Shown: one piece after another, positions 1-10,306 of the stretch | Layout of the letters: each line of letters starts with the position of its first letter | Position numbering within the stretch: the first letter of the stretch is position 1 | Origin: Candidatus Moraniibacteriota bacterium | GTDB taxonomy: Bacteria; Patescibacteriota; Minisyncoccia; Moranbacterales; UBA2206 | Assembly: GCA_030645735.1 (NCBI GenBank) | Contig: JAUSNP010000005.1 | Coordinates: 8,151-72,150 of the forward strand | DNA: 64,000 bases | Direction: 5' to 3' | Translations under genes and position numbers: made by a program | Notes under the pieces: generated by a model | The model's input: only the letters and a program-made list of their open reading frames with translations | The model's database searches: none | What the model was told of the DNA's origin: nothing

Positions 1-25
1 TAAAATAAATTATAAAATTTATATT

Positions 26-2116
26 ATGGCAAGAACACATGCAATGGACCATCTAAGAAATATCGGAATCATCGCCCACATCGATGCCGGAAAAACAACA
101 ACGACTGAGCGCGTATTGTTTTACACTGGAATCACTCACAAGATTGGTGAGGTGCATGAAGGTGAAGCAACCATGGACTGGATGGAGCAAGAACGAGAAC
201 GAGGAATCACCATCACTTCAGCAGCAACAACTTGTTATTGGAAAGATTATCAAATCAACATCATTGACACCCCAGGTCACGTAGACTTCACTGTAGAGGT
301 GGAGCGTTCTTTGCGTGTCTTGGATGGTGGTGTAGTGGTTTTCGATGGAAAAGAAGGTGTGGAACCGCAATCAGAAACAGTTTGGCGACAAGCTGACAAA
401 TATGAAACACCTCGCATTTGTTTTATCAACAAGATTGACAAAGAAGGTGCTGATTTCTATTATTCTTTCAACACTATTGGTGAAAGATTGACTCCAAATG
501 CCGTGGCAATTCAAATTCCAATTGGAGAGCGTGGAGACTTTGCTGGTGTAGTCAACTTGATGAATATGAAAGCCTACACTTTTGACGGACAAATGGGCGA
601 GATCGTCATTGAAGGCGAAATCCCAGCTGAATATTTGGACAAAGCCAAGGAATGGCGAGAAAAGATGGTGGAAAAGATTGCCGAGAATGATGATGCTTTG
701 ACTGAAAAATATTTGAACGGTGAAGAAATTTCAACAGAAGAATTGAAAGCGGCTTTGCGACGTGAAGTGGTGGCTAACAAGATTTATCCTGTTTTGACTG
801 GAACTGCTCTTCGCAACAAAGGCGTGCAGTTGGTTTTGGATGCAGTGGTTGATTATCTGCCAAGTCCAATCGATGTGCCAGCTATCAAAGCAACTGAAGT
901 GGACAACCTAGAAAAAGAAATGGAAGTTTTACCACAAGACGATGCGCCATTTGCGGCTTTGGCTTTCAAAGTTGCAACTGACCCGTTCGTAGGACAAGTG
1001 ACATTCTTCCGAGTATATTCCGGAGTAGTTAAGGCTGGTTCATATGTTTTGAATTCAACCAAAGGTGAAAAAGAAAGAATCGGACGAATTTTGCGTATGC
1101 ATTCAAATCATCGTGAAGAAATTGAAGAATTACATGCAGGTGGAATCGGAGCATTGGTTGGTATGAAAAACACCACCACCGGAGACACTTTGTGTGATGT
1201 GGATCATCCAGTACTTTTGGAATCAATCACTTTCCCAGAACCCGTGATCTCAATTGCGATTGAACCAAAGACCAAGGCTGACCAAGAGAAGATGGGTTTT
1301 GCTCTTCGCAAATTGGCTGAAGAAGATCCAACTTTCAAAGTTCGAACTGATGAAGAAACCGGACAAACTATTATTGCTGGAATGGGTGAACTTCATTTGG
1401 ATATTATCGTGGATCGTATGAAACGCGAATTCAAAGTTGAAGCCAACATTGGTCAACCACAAGTAGCGTATCGTGAAACTATCAAGGTGGCGGCGCAAGC
1501 GGAAGGAAAATATATCAAGCAATCTGGAGGTCGTGGACAATATGGACATTGTTGGATGAAATTGGAACCACAAGAACCAGGCGTTGGATTTGAATTCGTT
1601 TCTGAAATCAAGGGTGGTGCTATCCCACAAGAATTCATCACTCCAATTGGCAAAGGTGCCAAGGATGCGATGGACAGTGGTGTGTTGGCTGGTTATCCAA
1701 TGGTGGATATCAAGGCGACAGTATACGACGGATCATTCCATGATGTTGACTCCTCTGAAGCAGCTTTCCGTATCGCTGGATCAATGGCGTTCAAAGAAGC
1801 CGCTCGAAGAGCTACTCCAGTTATCTTGGAACCAATCATGAAAGTGATCGCTATCACTCCAGAAAACTTCATGGGTGATGTAGTGGGAGACTTGAACTCA
1901 AAGCGAGGAATCATCCGAGAAATGAGCGATCGTGGAACTGGTGCATCTCGGGTGAAAATCATTGATGCTGAAGCTCCACTTTCATCTATGTTTGGTTATG
2001 CTACTCAGCTTCGCTCTATGACTCAAGGACGAGCCAACTACTCAATGGAATTCTCACACTATGCTGAAGTTCCAAAGAATGTAGCTGAAGAAATCATTAC
2101 TGGAAAAAAGAAATAG
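26..2116 (+). CDS. fusA: Elongation factor G
   Basis: [24 protein letters not shown]-domain motifs; 696 aa. Confidence 0.99.
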   Translation: MARTHAMDHLRNIGIIAHIDAGKTTTTERVLFYTGITHKIGEVHEGEATMDWMEQERERGITITSAATTCYWKDYQINIIDTPGHVDFTVEVERSLRVLDGGVVVFDGKEGVEPQSETVWRQADKYETPRICFINKIDKEGADFYYSFNTIGERLTPNAVAIQIPIGERGDFAGVVNLMNMKAYTFDGQMGEIVIEGEIPAEYLDKAKEWREKMVEKIAENDDALTEKYLNGEEISTEELKAALRREVVANKIYPVLTGTALRNKGVQLVLDAVVDYLPSPIDVPAIKATEVDNLEKEMEVLPQDDAPFAALAFKVATDPFVGQVTFFRVYSGVVKAGSYVLNSTKGEKERIGRILRMHSNHREEIEELHAGGIGALVGMKNTTTGDTLCDVDHPVLLESITFPEPVISIAIEPKTKADQEKMGFALRKLAEEDPTFKVRTDEETGQTIIAGMGELHLDIIVDRMKREFKVEANIGQPQVAYRETIKVAAQAEGKYIKQSGGRGQYGHCWMKLEPQEPGVGFEFVSEIKGGAIPQEFITPIGKGAKDAMDSGVLAGYPMVDIKATVYDGSFHDVDSSEAAFRIAGSMAFKEAARRATPVILEPIMKVIAITPENFMGDVVGDLNSKRGIIREMSDRGTGASRVKIIDAEAPLSSMFGYATQLRSMTQGRANYSMEFSHYAEVPKNVAEEIITGKKK

Positions 2117-2165
2117 ATTTACTTTAGAATAAAAAACGACTCCGTAAATGGGGTCGTTTTTGTTT
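2075..2165 (+). repeat. fusA 3' end + terminator, copy 1 of ~90-bp direct repeat (copy 2 at 3712..3801)
   Basis: AAGAATGTAGCTGAAGAAATCATTACTGGAAAAAAGAAATAG...GGGGTCGTTTTTGTTT recurs with several substitutions. Confidence 0.95.
2131..2165 (+). terminator. Intrinsic terminator after fusA
   Basis: AAAAAACGACTCC-GTAAAT-GGGGTCGTTTTT hairpin with U tract. Confidence 0.8.
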
Positions 2166-2249
2166 CCAAATAAGGGTGTTTGCATACAAAGTGTTTGTTT
2201 GATATGATTTCTGTGTAATTTATTAATAAATTAATTTTTTGTAAAAATT

Positions 2250-2807
2250 ATGAAAAAGGGACTTATAACTATAATAGCTGTTGCGGTCATAGTTACCGGG
2301 TATGTTTGGATGACATACAATAAGCTTATTGCGACTAATGAAGCTATTGATAATCAATGGGCGCAAGTTGAGACACAATATCAAAGACGCATAGATTTAA
2401 TTCCGAACTTAGTAGAATCTGTTAAGGGTGTGATGGTGCAGGAACAAAAAATATTTGGAGATTTGGCAGAGGCAAGAAGTCATTATGCGGGAGCAACTGA
2501 CTCAAATCAAAAAGCTGAGGCAGCCACTCAGATAGATGGGGCGTTATCAAGACTTTTGGCAATCATGGAAAACTATCCACAACTAAAATCAGCTGACAAT
2601 GTGCAAACTTTGATGGCACAATTGGAGGGCACAGAAAATCGAATCAGTGTTGAAAGAAAAAAATATAATGACAATGTGAACAGTTTCAATGTGATGATCA
2701 AACAAATTCCTGCCAAATGGATAGCATCTTCTCTTGGGTTTTCAGAGAAGAATTATTTTGAAGCTGTGAAAGGATCAGAAAATACCCCAGTGGTTAATTT
2801 GAAATAG
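2250..2807 (+). CDS. lemA: LemA family protein
   Basis: N-terminal TM, YQRRIDLIPNLV, ENYPQLK, LEGTENRI motifs. Confidence 0.95.
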   Translation: MKKGLITIIAVAVIVTGYVWMTYNKLIATNEAIDNQWAQVETQYQRRIDLIPNLVESVKGVMVQEQKIFGDLAEARSHYAGATDSNQKAEAATQIDGALSRLLAIMENYPQLKSADNVQTLMAQLEGTENRISVERKKYNDNVNSFNVMIKQIPAKWIASSLGFSEKNYFEAVKGSENTPVVNLK

Positions 2808-3704
2808 ATGAATCGGTCAGCAATCAAATATCTTCTTGTTTTTATCTGCCTGCTTTTTGCTTTTTCAGCAAAAGCTTATTACGATCCTGGAAAGCCAGAG
2901 GGATTTGTTAATGATTTCGCAAACATCTTAATAATAGAAGAAAAAAATATCTTAGAGAGTAAACTTTCGCAATTTGAAAAAAATTCGACCAACGAAATTT
3001 CGGTAATTACAATCAATGATTTGCAGGGAGATACAATTGAAAATTTTGCCAATCAACTTCATAACGAGTGGGGAATTGGCAAGAAGGGAAAGGACAATGG
3101 TATTTTAGTCTTTGTGGCAATCCAGGATAGAAAAATGAGGATAGAAGTGGGATATGGTCTAGAAGGTTCAGTAACCGATGCTCAAGCCAGTTGGATAATT
3201 TCAGATGTAATGCGCCCAGCTTTTCAACAGGGTAAATATTTCCAGGGCATAGATGGAGCGACTAATAAAATAATCGCAGCTATTGATGGAGAGATTCTTC
3301 CAGCGCAATCAAATCAATCTTCAAAAAATAATCCATCTGCATATAAAGAGGAGAACATAATTTTAATTTTTTGGATGATAGGTTTGTTTTTTGTGTGGTT
3401 TGCCAGTCTATTAGCCAGGAGTAAATCATGGTGGCTAGGTGGAATTGTCGGTGGTTTTATGGGATTTATATTTGGTTCATTTACAGAATCAATATTGATG
3501 ACAAGTATTATGACTGTATCCATGATAATACTTGGCTTAGTATTTGATTATTTTATTTCCAAAGCTTATACAAATGGAAAAAAAGCAGGGCATATTCCGT
3601 GGTGGGCAGGCGGTGGAAATAGCTCATCAGGTGGTTTCGGTGGTGGCTTTGGTGGTTTTGGAGGCGGAAGTTCTGGCGGCGGAGGTGCGAGTGGCGGATG
3701 GTAG
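2808..3704 (+). CDS. TPM-domain membrane protein (YgcG-like)
   Basis: WGIGKKGKDNGIL, RIEVGYGLEG, Gly-rich GGGASGGW tail; adjacent to lemA. Confidence 0.92.
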   Translation: MNRSAIKYLLVFICLLFAFSAKAYYDPGKPEGFVNDFANILIIEEKNILESKLSQFEKNSTNEISVITINDLQGDTIENFANQLHNEWGIGKKGKDNGILVFVAIQDRKMRIEVGYGLEGSVTDAQASWIISDVMRPAFQQGKYFQGIDGATNKIIAAIDGEILPAQSNQSSKNNPSAYKEENIILIFWMIGLFFVWFASLLARSKSWWLGGIVGGFMGFIFGSFTESILMTSIMTVSMIILGLVFDYFISKAYTNGKKAGHIPWWAGGGNSSSGGFGGGFGGFGGGSSGGGGASGGW

Positions 3705-3711
3705 GAATTTG

Positions 3712-3801
3712 AAGAATGTAGCCGAAGAAATCATTACTGGAAAAAAGAAATAATCTACTTTGCGATAAAAAACCACTCCGTGATTGGGGTCGTTTTTGTT
3801 T
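3712..3801 (+). repeat. Displaced duplicate of fusA 3' end ([13 protein letters not shown]) + terminator
   Basis: Near-identical to 2075..2165. Confidence 0.95.
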
Positions 3802-3809
3802 ATTTGAAG

Positions 3810-3863
3810 TTATCCACAGGGCAGGGTATTGACAGTGATAATGATAGTGATAAAATATCATCA
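3810..3863 (+). promoter_or_regulatory. DnaA box + sigma70 promoter + palindromic operator (site 1)
   Basis: TTATCCACA 3810-3818; TTGACA 3829-3834; TAAAAT 3851-3856 inside GTGATA-AAA-TATCAT. Confidence 0.7.
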
Positions 3864-3930
3864 AGGAGGTCTGCAGAACTCCCACGTAATAATTTAATAA
3901 CTGATGCTTGAGGCATCGGTCAAAAACAAA

Positions 3931-4185
3931 ATGGAACAACAACAAAACGCACAGAACACTGTGCAGGTGCAGCAGGACAAAGTTTTCTCGCAGATGGCGA
4001 AAGCCGGAGGCAAAACCTATTTCTTCGATGTGAAGAAAGCCAGCAATGGAACAAACTATTTGACCATTGCGGAGTCCTACAAAAAACAAACCGGTGCAAA
4101 AGTGGTCAACCGTCTGCTGATTTTCAAAGATCATTTGGCTTCGTTCATCGGCGCCTTGGAAGAAACGAAACAATATCTGCAATAG
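3931..4185 (+). CDS. PUR-like/DUF3276-type nucleic-acid-binding protein
   Basis: AGGKTYFFDVK...YLTIAES...RLLIF motif; start ambiguous (3904 or 3931). Confidence 0.8.
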   Translation: MEQQQNAQNTVQVQQDKVFSQMAKAGGKTYFFDVKKASNGTNYLTIAESYKKQTGAKVVNRLLIFKDHLASFIGALEETKQYLQ

Positions 4186-4261
4186 CTGAAATTTTCGCGG
4201 ACTGTTTGCGCAATGTAGACAGTCCGCTTATGATTAGATAATAGATAAATTAGTTAAAAAT

Positions 4262-5086
4262 ATGAACAATGAAAATAAAAATAACTTAATGATTTTTGAA
4301 AATAAAGAAGTTCGGCATATTTGGCATAATGGCGAGTTGTTTTTTTCAGTGGTAGATATTGTGGAAGTGCTATCAGAAAGCCCACACCCAAGGCAATATT
4401 GGGAAAAAGTAAAACAGAGAGAATTTATTGAGATTGAAGTGTCCCCAATTTGGGTACAGTTGAAATTAGAAGCATCTGATAGGAAGCTTAGGCTTACAGA
4501 TTGTGTAAATACGGAAAATGCTCTTCGCCTAATTCAATCAATACCGAGCAAGAAGGCTGAGCCTTTTAAGCTGTGGTTAGCAAAAGTCGGGCATGATCGT
4601 ATCAAGGAAATCGAAAATCCTGAATTGGCAGCCAATCGCGCTCGTGAAATTTATCGTACCAAGGGTTATCCAGAGGGCTGGATTGAAAAGCGAATGCGGG
4701 GAATTGAAGTGCGGGAGACATTGACCAGTGAATGGAAAGGTCGAGGGGCAAAAGAGGGAGTAGAATATGCAATTCTAACTAATGAAATTTTGCATGGAAC
4801 TTTTGACATGACTGCTGAAGATTATAAAAAATTTAAAGGATTGAGGCGTGAAAATTTGCGTGATCATATGGATGATCTGGAGCTTATTTTGACAATGTTA
4901 GGCGAAGCGACAACCACCAGAATCCATAAGGATAGGGACTCAAGAGGTTTTGAAAAGTTGAAGGGCGATGCTAAGGAGGGTGGAGCGGTGGCGGGCAGAA
5001 CAAGAGAAGATATAGAAAAAAGAACCGGTAAAAATATTTCTACAAAAAATAATTTTTTAAGCTTGAAGCAAGAGAATATTGTATGA
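4262..5086 (+). CDS. Bro-N domain / phage antirepressor-like protein
   Basis: FSVVDIVEVL, RLIQSIPSKKAEPFKLWLA, NLRDHM motifs. Confidence 0.85.
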   Translation: MNNENKNNLMIFENKEVRHIWHNGELFFSVVDIVEVLSESPHPRQYWEKVKQREFIEIEVSPIWVQLKLEASDRKLRLTDCVNTENALRLIQSIPSKKAEPFKLWLAKVGHDRIKEIENPELAANRAREIYRTKGYPEGWIEKRMRGIEVRETLTSEWKGRGAKEGVEYAILTNEILHGTFDMTAEDYKKFKGLRRENLRDHMDDLELILTMLGEATTTRIHKDRDSRGFEKLKGDAKEGGAVAGRTREDIEKRTGKNISTKNNFLSLKQENIV

Positions 5087-5182
5087 TGAATTTTTTTGTA
5101 GCCATTGCCAAATTTGGCAATAGACGAAAGGCTTAAATAATGGGTAGAAAATTTTATAAATAAAAATTATACACAAACAAAA

Positions 5183-6805
5183 ATGCTCGAAAAAAATCTA
5201 GAAAAATATTTCAAATTCTCGCAGTTTCGCGCGGGACAGAAAGAAATCATTGAAAGTATTTTGGCTGGCTCGGATGTGGTGGCCTTGATGCCTACGGGTG
5301 GTGGCAAATCTTTGTGCTATCAATTGCCAGCAATTTTGAGTGAGCGCATCACCATTGTCATTTCACCGCTCATTGCGCTCATGAAAGATCAGGTGGACAG
5401 TTTGTTGGCCCGAGGCATTCCCGCCACTTTCATCAACAGTTCTTTGACGCCAGCTGAATTGGAGCAACGCTTACATGATTTGCGTGCCGGCAAAACCAAG
5501 ATTTTATACGTCGCACCTGAGCGTTTTGCCAGCGCTGAGTTTCGCCAGATTTTTGCTGATCTAGATATTTCTTTGTTTGCGGTGGACGAAGCGCATTGTG
5601 TGTCGCAATGGGGACATGATTTTCGACCAGACTATTTGGAAATTGGCAGATATATCAAAACTTTGAAAAAGCGTCCGACGGTGGCCGCTTTCACCGCCAC
5701 CGCCACGCCCGAAGTGGCACAGGACATTATGGTGCGCTTGGATTTGCAAGCGCCGAAAGTTTTCATCCGCGGTTTTGATCGACCCAACATCAAATTCTTT
5801 TCGCAATGTGATTTGAAACCCACGCAACGCTTGGAAGAAGTTTTGCGCATCGTGAAATCCTTGAAAGGGGCGGGCTCAGGCATTGTCTATGCCATCTCGC
5901 GCAAAGACACGGAAGCCATTGCTAAATATTTGAAAAAAGAAGGGATAACAGCTCGGGCCTATCATGCGGGCATGAACGCTGTTGCGCGTGAGAAAATTCA
6001 AAATGATTTCATGGAAAATCGTTTCAAGGTGATTGTGGCCACCGTGGCTTTTGGCATGGGTGTGGACAAAGCCGACATTCGCTTTGTGATTCATTGCGGC
6101 ATGCCCGGCAGTTTAGAAGGCTACTATCAAGAAGCGGGTCGTGCCGGACGCGATGGTGAGCCAGCTTTTTGCGTGTTGTTGCATGGCAAACGCGACGTGA
6201 CCGCGCACAAATTCTTCATTCGCATCGACAAGCAAAATATGCTCGCGCAAGGCAAGAGTTTACAAGAAGTGAATCAGGTACTCGACATCAAATATGCGCG
6301 CTTAGACGGCATCCTAGACTACGCCACAGCCAAGCGTTGTCGGCGTCGCATCATTTTGGAATATTTCAATGATCCGGATTTGCATAAACAGGAAGCTAAT
6401 TGCAAAGGCTGTGATGTGTGTTTGAATTGGAAAAACACTGAACTCAAAAAAACTGCCCACAGTCCGCGCATAGCCAGAAACAAAGATGAGTTGAGTGACA
6501 CCATCATGGAAACCGTGAATTTGTATCAACAAGACTATCTACCCGAGCAAATTGCCAAGATGCGCAGTTTGGGCGTCAGCACTATTTTCAACCATTTGGT
6601 GTTGTGGTATCTGGCGGGTGGGGAATTGGTCATTGAAAAATTTGTGAGTGCAGAGGAAGAGCAACAAATCTTGCAAGCTTTGCCGCAAGCGGGCAGCGCG
6701 CATTTTTTGAGCGCCATCAAGGCTCAATTGCCAGAAAACATCAGCTATGAGCAGATCCGTTTGATCATCGCCAAACGGCAAAAAATGAAAGCTGATAGAC
6801 ATTAG
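5183..6805 (+). CDS. recQ: RecQ-family helicase with C-terminal HTH
   Basis: [39 protein letters not shown], Zn-binding Cys. Confidence 0.93.
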   Translation: MLEKNLEKYFKFSQFRAGQKEIIESILAGSDVVALMPTGGGKSLCYQLPAILSERITIVISPLIALMKDQVDSLLARGIPATFINSSLTPAELEQRLHDLRAGKTKILYVAPERFASAEFRQIFADLDISLFAVDEAHCVSQWGHDFRPDYLEIGRYIKTLKKRPTVAAFTATATPEVAQDIMVRLDLQAPKVFIRGFDRPNIKFFSQCDLKPTQRLEEVLRIVKSLKGAGSGIVYAISRKDTEAIAKYLKKEGITARAYHAGMNAVAREKIQNDFMENRFKVIVATVAFGMGVDKADIRFVIHCGMPGSLEGYYQEAGRAGRDGEPAFCVLLHGKRDVTAHKFFIRIDKQNMLAQGKSLQEVNQVLDIKYARLDGILDYATAKRCRRRIILEYFNDPDLHKQEANCKGCDVCLNWKNTELKKTAHSPRIARNKDELSDTIMETVNLYQQDYLPEQIAKMRSLGVSTIFNHLVLWYLAGGELVIEKFVSAEEEQQILQALPQAGSAHFLSAIKAQLPENISYEQIRLIIAKRQKMKADRH

Positions 6806-6861
6806 ACGAGAGAGCGGATTTGACCTAAAATAGAGATATAAATATTAATTTTTATAAAACT

Positions 6862-7362
6862 ATGAGTACACAAGAAAATTTGATGGCTGCCTTTGCGGGT
6901 GAGTCGCAAGCCAATCGCAAATATTTAGCTTTTGCCAAACAAGCCAAACAAGAAGGCAAAGACAATTTGGCCAGACTTTTCCGTGCCACAGCCGACGGAG
7001 AAACTGTGCACGCACTCAATCATTTGCATGTGGCAGGAGGAGTCAAAACTTCAGTTGAAAATTTGCAAGCTGCCATTTCGGGCGAGACTTATGAATTTGA
7101 AACAATGTATCCAGAATTTTTGCAAACAGCGGAAGCGGAAGGAAATGGTCCAGCTAAAATCACTTTTGGTGGGGCGATGAAGGTGGAAAGAGAACATCAA
7201 GGATTCTACAGTGCGGCTTTGGAAAAAGTGGCAACTGGCACTGATATCGATGAAACCAAATATTTTGTCTGCCAAGTTTGCGGACACTTGCATGAAATTG
7301 AAGCCCCAGAAAAATGTCCGGTCTGTGGCGCACCGAAAGAGAAGTTCAAAGAAATTGCCTAA
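6862..7362 (+). CDS. Rubrerythrin
   Basis: AFAGESQANRKY, ExxH pairs, C-terminal CxxC...CxxC. Confidence 0.95.
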   Translation: MSTQENLMAAFAGESQANRKYLAFAKQAKQEGKDNLARLFRATADGETVHALNHLHVAGGVKTSVENLQAAISGETYEFETMYPEFLQTAEAEGNGPAKITFGGAMKVEREHQGFYSAALEKVATGTDIDETKYFVCQVCGHLHEIEAPEKCPVCGAPKEKFKEIA

Positions 7363-7368
7363 AAAAAT

Positions 7369-7836
7369 ATGGCGAAAGAAATAGATGTATATCAAATTTC
7401 CTTGAAAGCAATCTTGAGAAATCGAGATGGCAAGGTTTTGATTTTGAAAGTGCCATCAACTTGGGGTGCATTTGTTGGGTTTTATGATTTGCCTGGTGGG
7501 AGAGTTGATGAGGATGAATTCACAGTCCCTTTTTCGGAAGTTCTCATGCGAGAAATTCAGGAAGAGGTTGGCAATATTGAAGTGAAGCTAGGCGATGCTC
7601 CAGTTGCAGCTGGCAGACATAGTCTTCCTGCAGAGCAAATGAAAACAGAAAAAGACATTCACATTCTTTATGTTTTCTATGAGGCCGAAATGGTGAGTGG
7701 AGAAATTGAAGTGGGAGATGAGCATGCCGGTTTTGAGTGGGTTGATCTAACTGAGATAGTTTTGGAAAAATATTTCTTCTCTGGTATTTTGGAGGGTATG
7801 CAAATGTATTTGGAAGCGCAGAATAATAAGAAATAA
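7369..7836 (+). CDS. NUDIX hydrolase
   Basis: LPGGRVDEDE...REIQEEVG Nudix box. Confidence 0.9.
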   Translation: MAKEIDVYQISLKAILRNRDGKVLILKVPSTWGAFVGFYDLPGGRVDEDEFTVPFSEVLMREIQEEVGNIEVKLGDAPVAAGRHSLPAEQMKTEKDIHILYVFYEAEMVSGEIEVGDEHAGFEWVDLTEIVLEKYFFSGILEGMQMYLEAQNNKK

Positions 7837-7842
7837 CAAAAA

Positions 7843-8124
7843 ATGAACAATCAAACTTTGGGACTGCTAGCTTTTTTCGCAATCGTGAATGTGTTGGCTT
7901 TTGTGATCATGCTGTGGGACAAGATGCAATCACGGAAAAAAGACGCTGAACGAATTTCTGAGGGCATGTTGTTTTTTATGGCCACCATTTTTGGTAGTGT
8001 CGGCGTGTTGGCCGGCATGTTTGCTTTTCGACACAAAACCCAGAAATGGTATTTTCTGATGGGCATTCCAATGCTTATCGCAGAAAATTGCGCACTGCTC
8101 TATTTGATATACGAAAAAATCTAA
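7843..8124 (+). CDS. DUF1294 family membrane protein
   Basis: DK..S....RISE..L, FRHKTQK motifs. Confidence 0.88.
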   Translation: MNNQTLGLLAFFAIVNVLAFVIMLWDKMQSRKKDAERISEGMLFFMATIFGSVGVLAGMFAFRHKTQKWYFLMGIPMLIAENCALLYLIYEKI

Positions 8125-8136
8125 AGACAATTTTTT

Positions 8137-8418
8137 ATGTATTTTCTCTACATTTTGCAATGCGCTGACAAAAGCTTCTATACTGGCATCACCACGGATG
8201 TGGCGCGGCGCATCGAAGAGCACAACACTTCCGAACTAGGTGCGCGCTACACGCGTGGGCGCCGGCCGTGCAAAGTTGTTTTCATCAAAGAGTTTGCCAA
8301 TCGTTCCACTGCTTCCATCGAAGAAGCGCATGTGAAAGCCCTGTCACGTGCCAAGAAAACAGAACTCATCAAAAAGCATCATCGTTTCACCAAAGCGCAT
8401 TTGCATGACATGTTTTAG
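8137..8418 (+). CDS. GIY-YIG nuclease (YhbQ/UPF0213-like)
   Basis: LYILQCADKSFYTGITTDVARRIEEHN, ARYTRGRRP. Confidence 0.92.
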   Translation: MYFLYILQCADKSFYTGITTDVARRIEEHNTSELGARYTRGRRPCKVVFIKEFANRSTASIEEAHVKALSRAKKTELIKKHHRFTKAHLHDMF

Positions 8419-8428
8419 GGTGGTCAAG

Positions 8429-8485
8429 TTATCCACAGAGCAAAACATGACAATAATTTATTATAGTGTTATAATATCACTATAA
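8429..8485 (+). promoter_or_regulatory. DnaA box + promoter + palindromic operator (site 2)
   Basis: TTATCCACA 8429-8437; ATGACA-17-TATAAT (8470-8475); TTATAGTGTTA-TAA-TATCACTATAA. Confidence 0.75.
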
Positions 8486-8503
8486 TCAAATAAGTCATAA
8501 AAT

Positions 8504-9355
8504 ATGGAAAAACAAATAATAACAAAGCTGCACAAGGATTTCGAAAATTGCGCTCATGAAGAAAACGGCGTTGAATTTTGGTATGCTAGGGAATTGCAAA
8601 ATTTACTTGGATATGAGAAGTGGGGCAACTTCGAGGGGGTTATTGAAAAGGCAAAAATAGCTTGTGAAAAGGCCAAGCAAAAAGTTGCTGACCATTTTGC
8701 CGGCGTCGGCAAAATGGTTGATTTGGGCTCGGGCAGTAAGCGAGAAGTTTCGGATATTATGCTCACTCGCTACGCTTGTTATTTGATTGCGCAAAATGGT
8801 GATCCGCGTAAAGATGAAATTGCTTTTGCGATGACATACTTTGCAGTGCAAACCAGAAAGCAAGAAATCGTCGAAGAAAGATTGGCACAATGGGATCGAT
8901 TGCAAGCACGAGAAAAATTGTCACTTTCAGAAAAAGAGCTTTCTGGAATTTTGTTTGAACGTGGCGTGGACAATCAAGGCTTTGCACGCATTCGTAGCAA
9001 GGGAGACGCGGCCTTGTTTGGTGGCTACACAACTCAGGACATGAAAAATCGTTTAGGCGTGCCAGACAAAAGACCGTTAGCAGATTTTTTGCCATCCGTG
9101 ACAATCAAAGCGAAAGACTTGGCCAATGAAATCACCAATCACAATGTCAAAAAAGATCAGGCGCTTCAAGGTGAAATAGTCATCACACATGAACATGTGA
9201 AAAACAATCGAGATGTGCGCAGTCTGTTGGCAAAGAACGACATCTATCCAGAAAATTTGCCACCCGCAGAAGATACTAAAAAATTAGAACGAAAATTGAA
9301 ATCAGAAAACAAAAAATTGCCTAAAGTGGTGAAGAAATTGAAAAGTAAAAAATAA
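8504..9355 (+). CDS. dinD: DNA damage-inducible protein D
   Basis: WYARELQ, LTRYACYLIAQNGDPRK, YFAVQTRKQE, PLADFLP motifs. Confidence 0.92.
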   Translation: MEKQIITKLHKDFENCAHEENGVEFWYARELQNLLGYEKWGNFEGVIEKAKIACEKAKQKVADHFAGVGKMVDLGSGSKREVSDIMLTRYACYLIAQNGDPRKDEIAFAMTYFAVQTRKQEIVEERLAQWDRLQAREKLSLSEKELSGILFERGVDNQGFARIRSKGDAALFGGYTTQDMKNRLGVPDKRPLADFLPSVTIKAKDLANEITNHNVKKDQALQGEIVITHEHVKNNRDVRSLLAKNDIYPENLPPAEDTKKLERKLKSENKKLPKVVKKLKSKK

Positions 9356-9365
9356 GTTTAAAAAT

Positions 9366-10100
9366 ATGGAAAAAGAATTTAGGATCAAGGCGAAGGATGG
9401 CAAACAGATATATTGCAAGTTGCGCGGGTCATTGGAAAAACCGGTCATTGTTTTTGTGCATGGTTTCACTGGCCACATGGACGAACATCTTTTCTACAAC
9501 GCCGCGCGTTTTTTTGAGAAAAAAGGTTTCGCCAGCTTGCGTTTCAATCTCTATGGTGACCAAGATGACGCGCGCAAATTGCATGAGTGTGATTTGCAAA
9601 CCCACGCAGCTGATTTGGATCGTGTGGTGAGCTATCTCAAAAAGAAAAAAGCCCAAGACATTTTCGCCGTCGGACACAGCTATGGCGGACCGACAATCTT
9701 CTTGTCAGACACCAAAAACTACAGAGCGCTGGTTTTGTGGGACGCCAGTTTTCATTTCAAAGCGCTTTTCAAAAACAAAGAATATTCCAAAGAATTGAAA
9801 GGCTTTTGCAAAGAGTGGGCTTTCAAATTTTTCATCGGCCAAAAGTTTGTGACTGAAGCTGAAAAATTGGAAAAAACATTTTGGCAAACAGTTTCTCAAA
9901 ACAAGGCGCCAACCAAAGTTGTATTGACCGAAAATGGCAATGCGCGCTCACCACTCAAGAAAGATTTTTTCACTGCCTTGAACGAGCCGAAAGAAATGCT
10001 AGAAATGAAAAAAACCGGCCACACTTTCAGCGAAGACACCGCCGCCGAAAAACTTTTCCAAGAGACTTTGAAATGGCTAAGGAAGTTTGGCAAAAAATAA
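9366..10100 (+). CDS. Alpha/beta hydrolase
   Basis: VHGFTG, GHSYGG nucleophile elbow, GHTF. Confidence 0.9.
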   Translation: MEKEFRIKAKDGKQIYCKLRGSLEKPVIVFVHGFTGHMDEHLFYNAARFFEKKGFASLRFNLYGDQDDARKLHECDLQTHAADLDRVVSYLKKKKAQDIFAVGHSYGGPTIFLSDTKNYRALVLWDASFHFKALFKNKEYSKELKGFCKEWAFKFFIGQKFVTEAEKLEKTFWQTVSQNKAPTKVVLTENGNARSPLKKDFFTALNEPKEMLEMKKTGHTFSEDTAAEKLFQETLKWLRKFGKK

Positions 10101-10306
10101 CTCATTGCAAAATATTTTTTCAATGCATCGTTTATTCCAATACTAACTCATGGCATTTGCTTTTCGAGCATTCTTTGCTACAATAAAAAACCTGCTTTAG
10201 GCGGGTGATTTGTACTTTTATATATGCGATCGAGGGCTCTTAGTTTGAGCAAAAGCTGTTGCCAATGGTGGCGAATAAACAGGTGAAAACGAGGAGGAGG
10301 AAAGCG

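Noticed and set aside
3544-3753. 69-aa ORF ending in the EF-G C-terminus
   Set aside because: Off-frame shadow of the TPM gene running into the duplicated fusA tail.
10190-10306. Purine or ZTP riboswitch before purC-purE
   Set aside because: Only a vague TGGCGAA...AGGTG resemblance; the required stems and conserved segments were not found.
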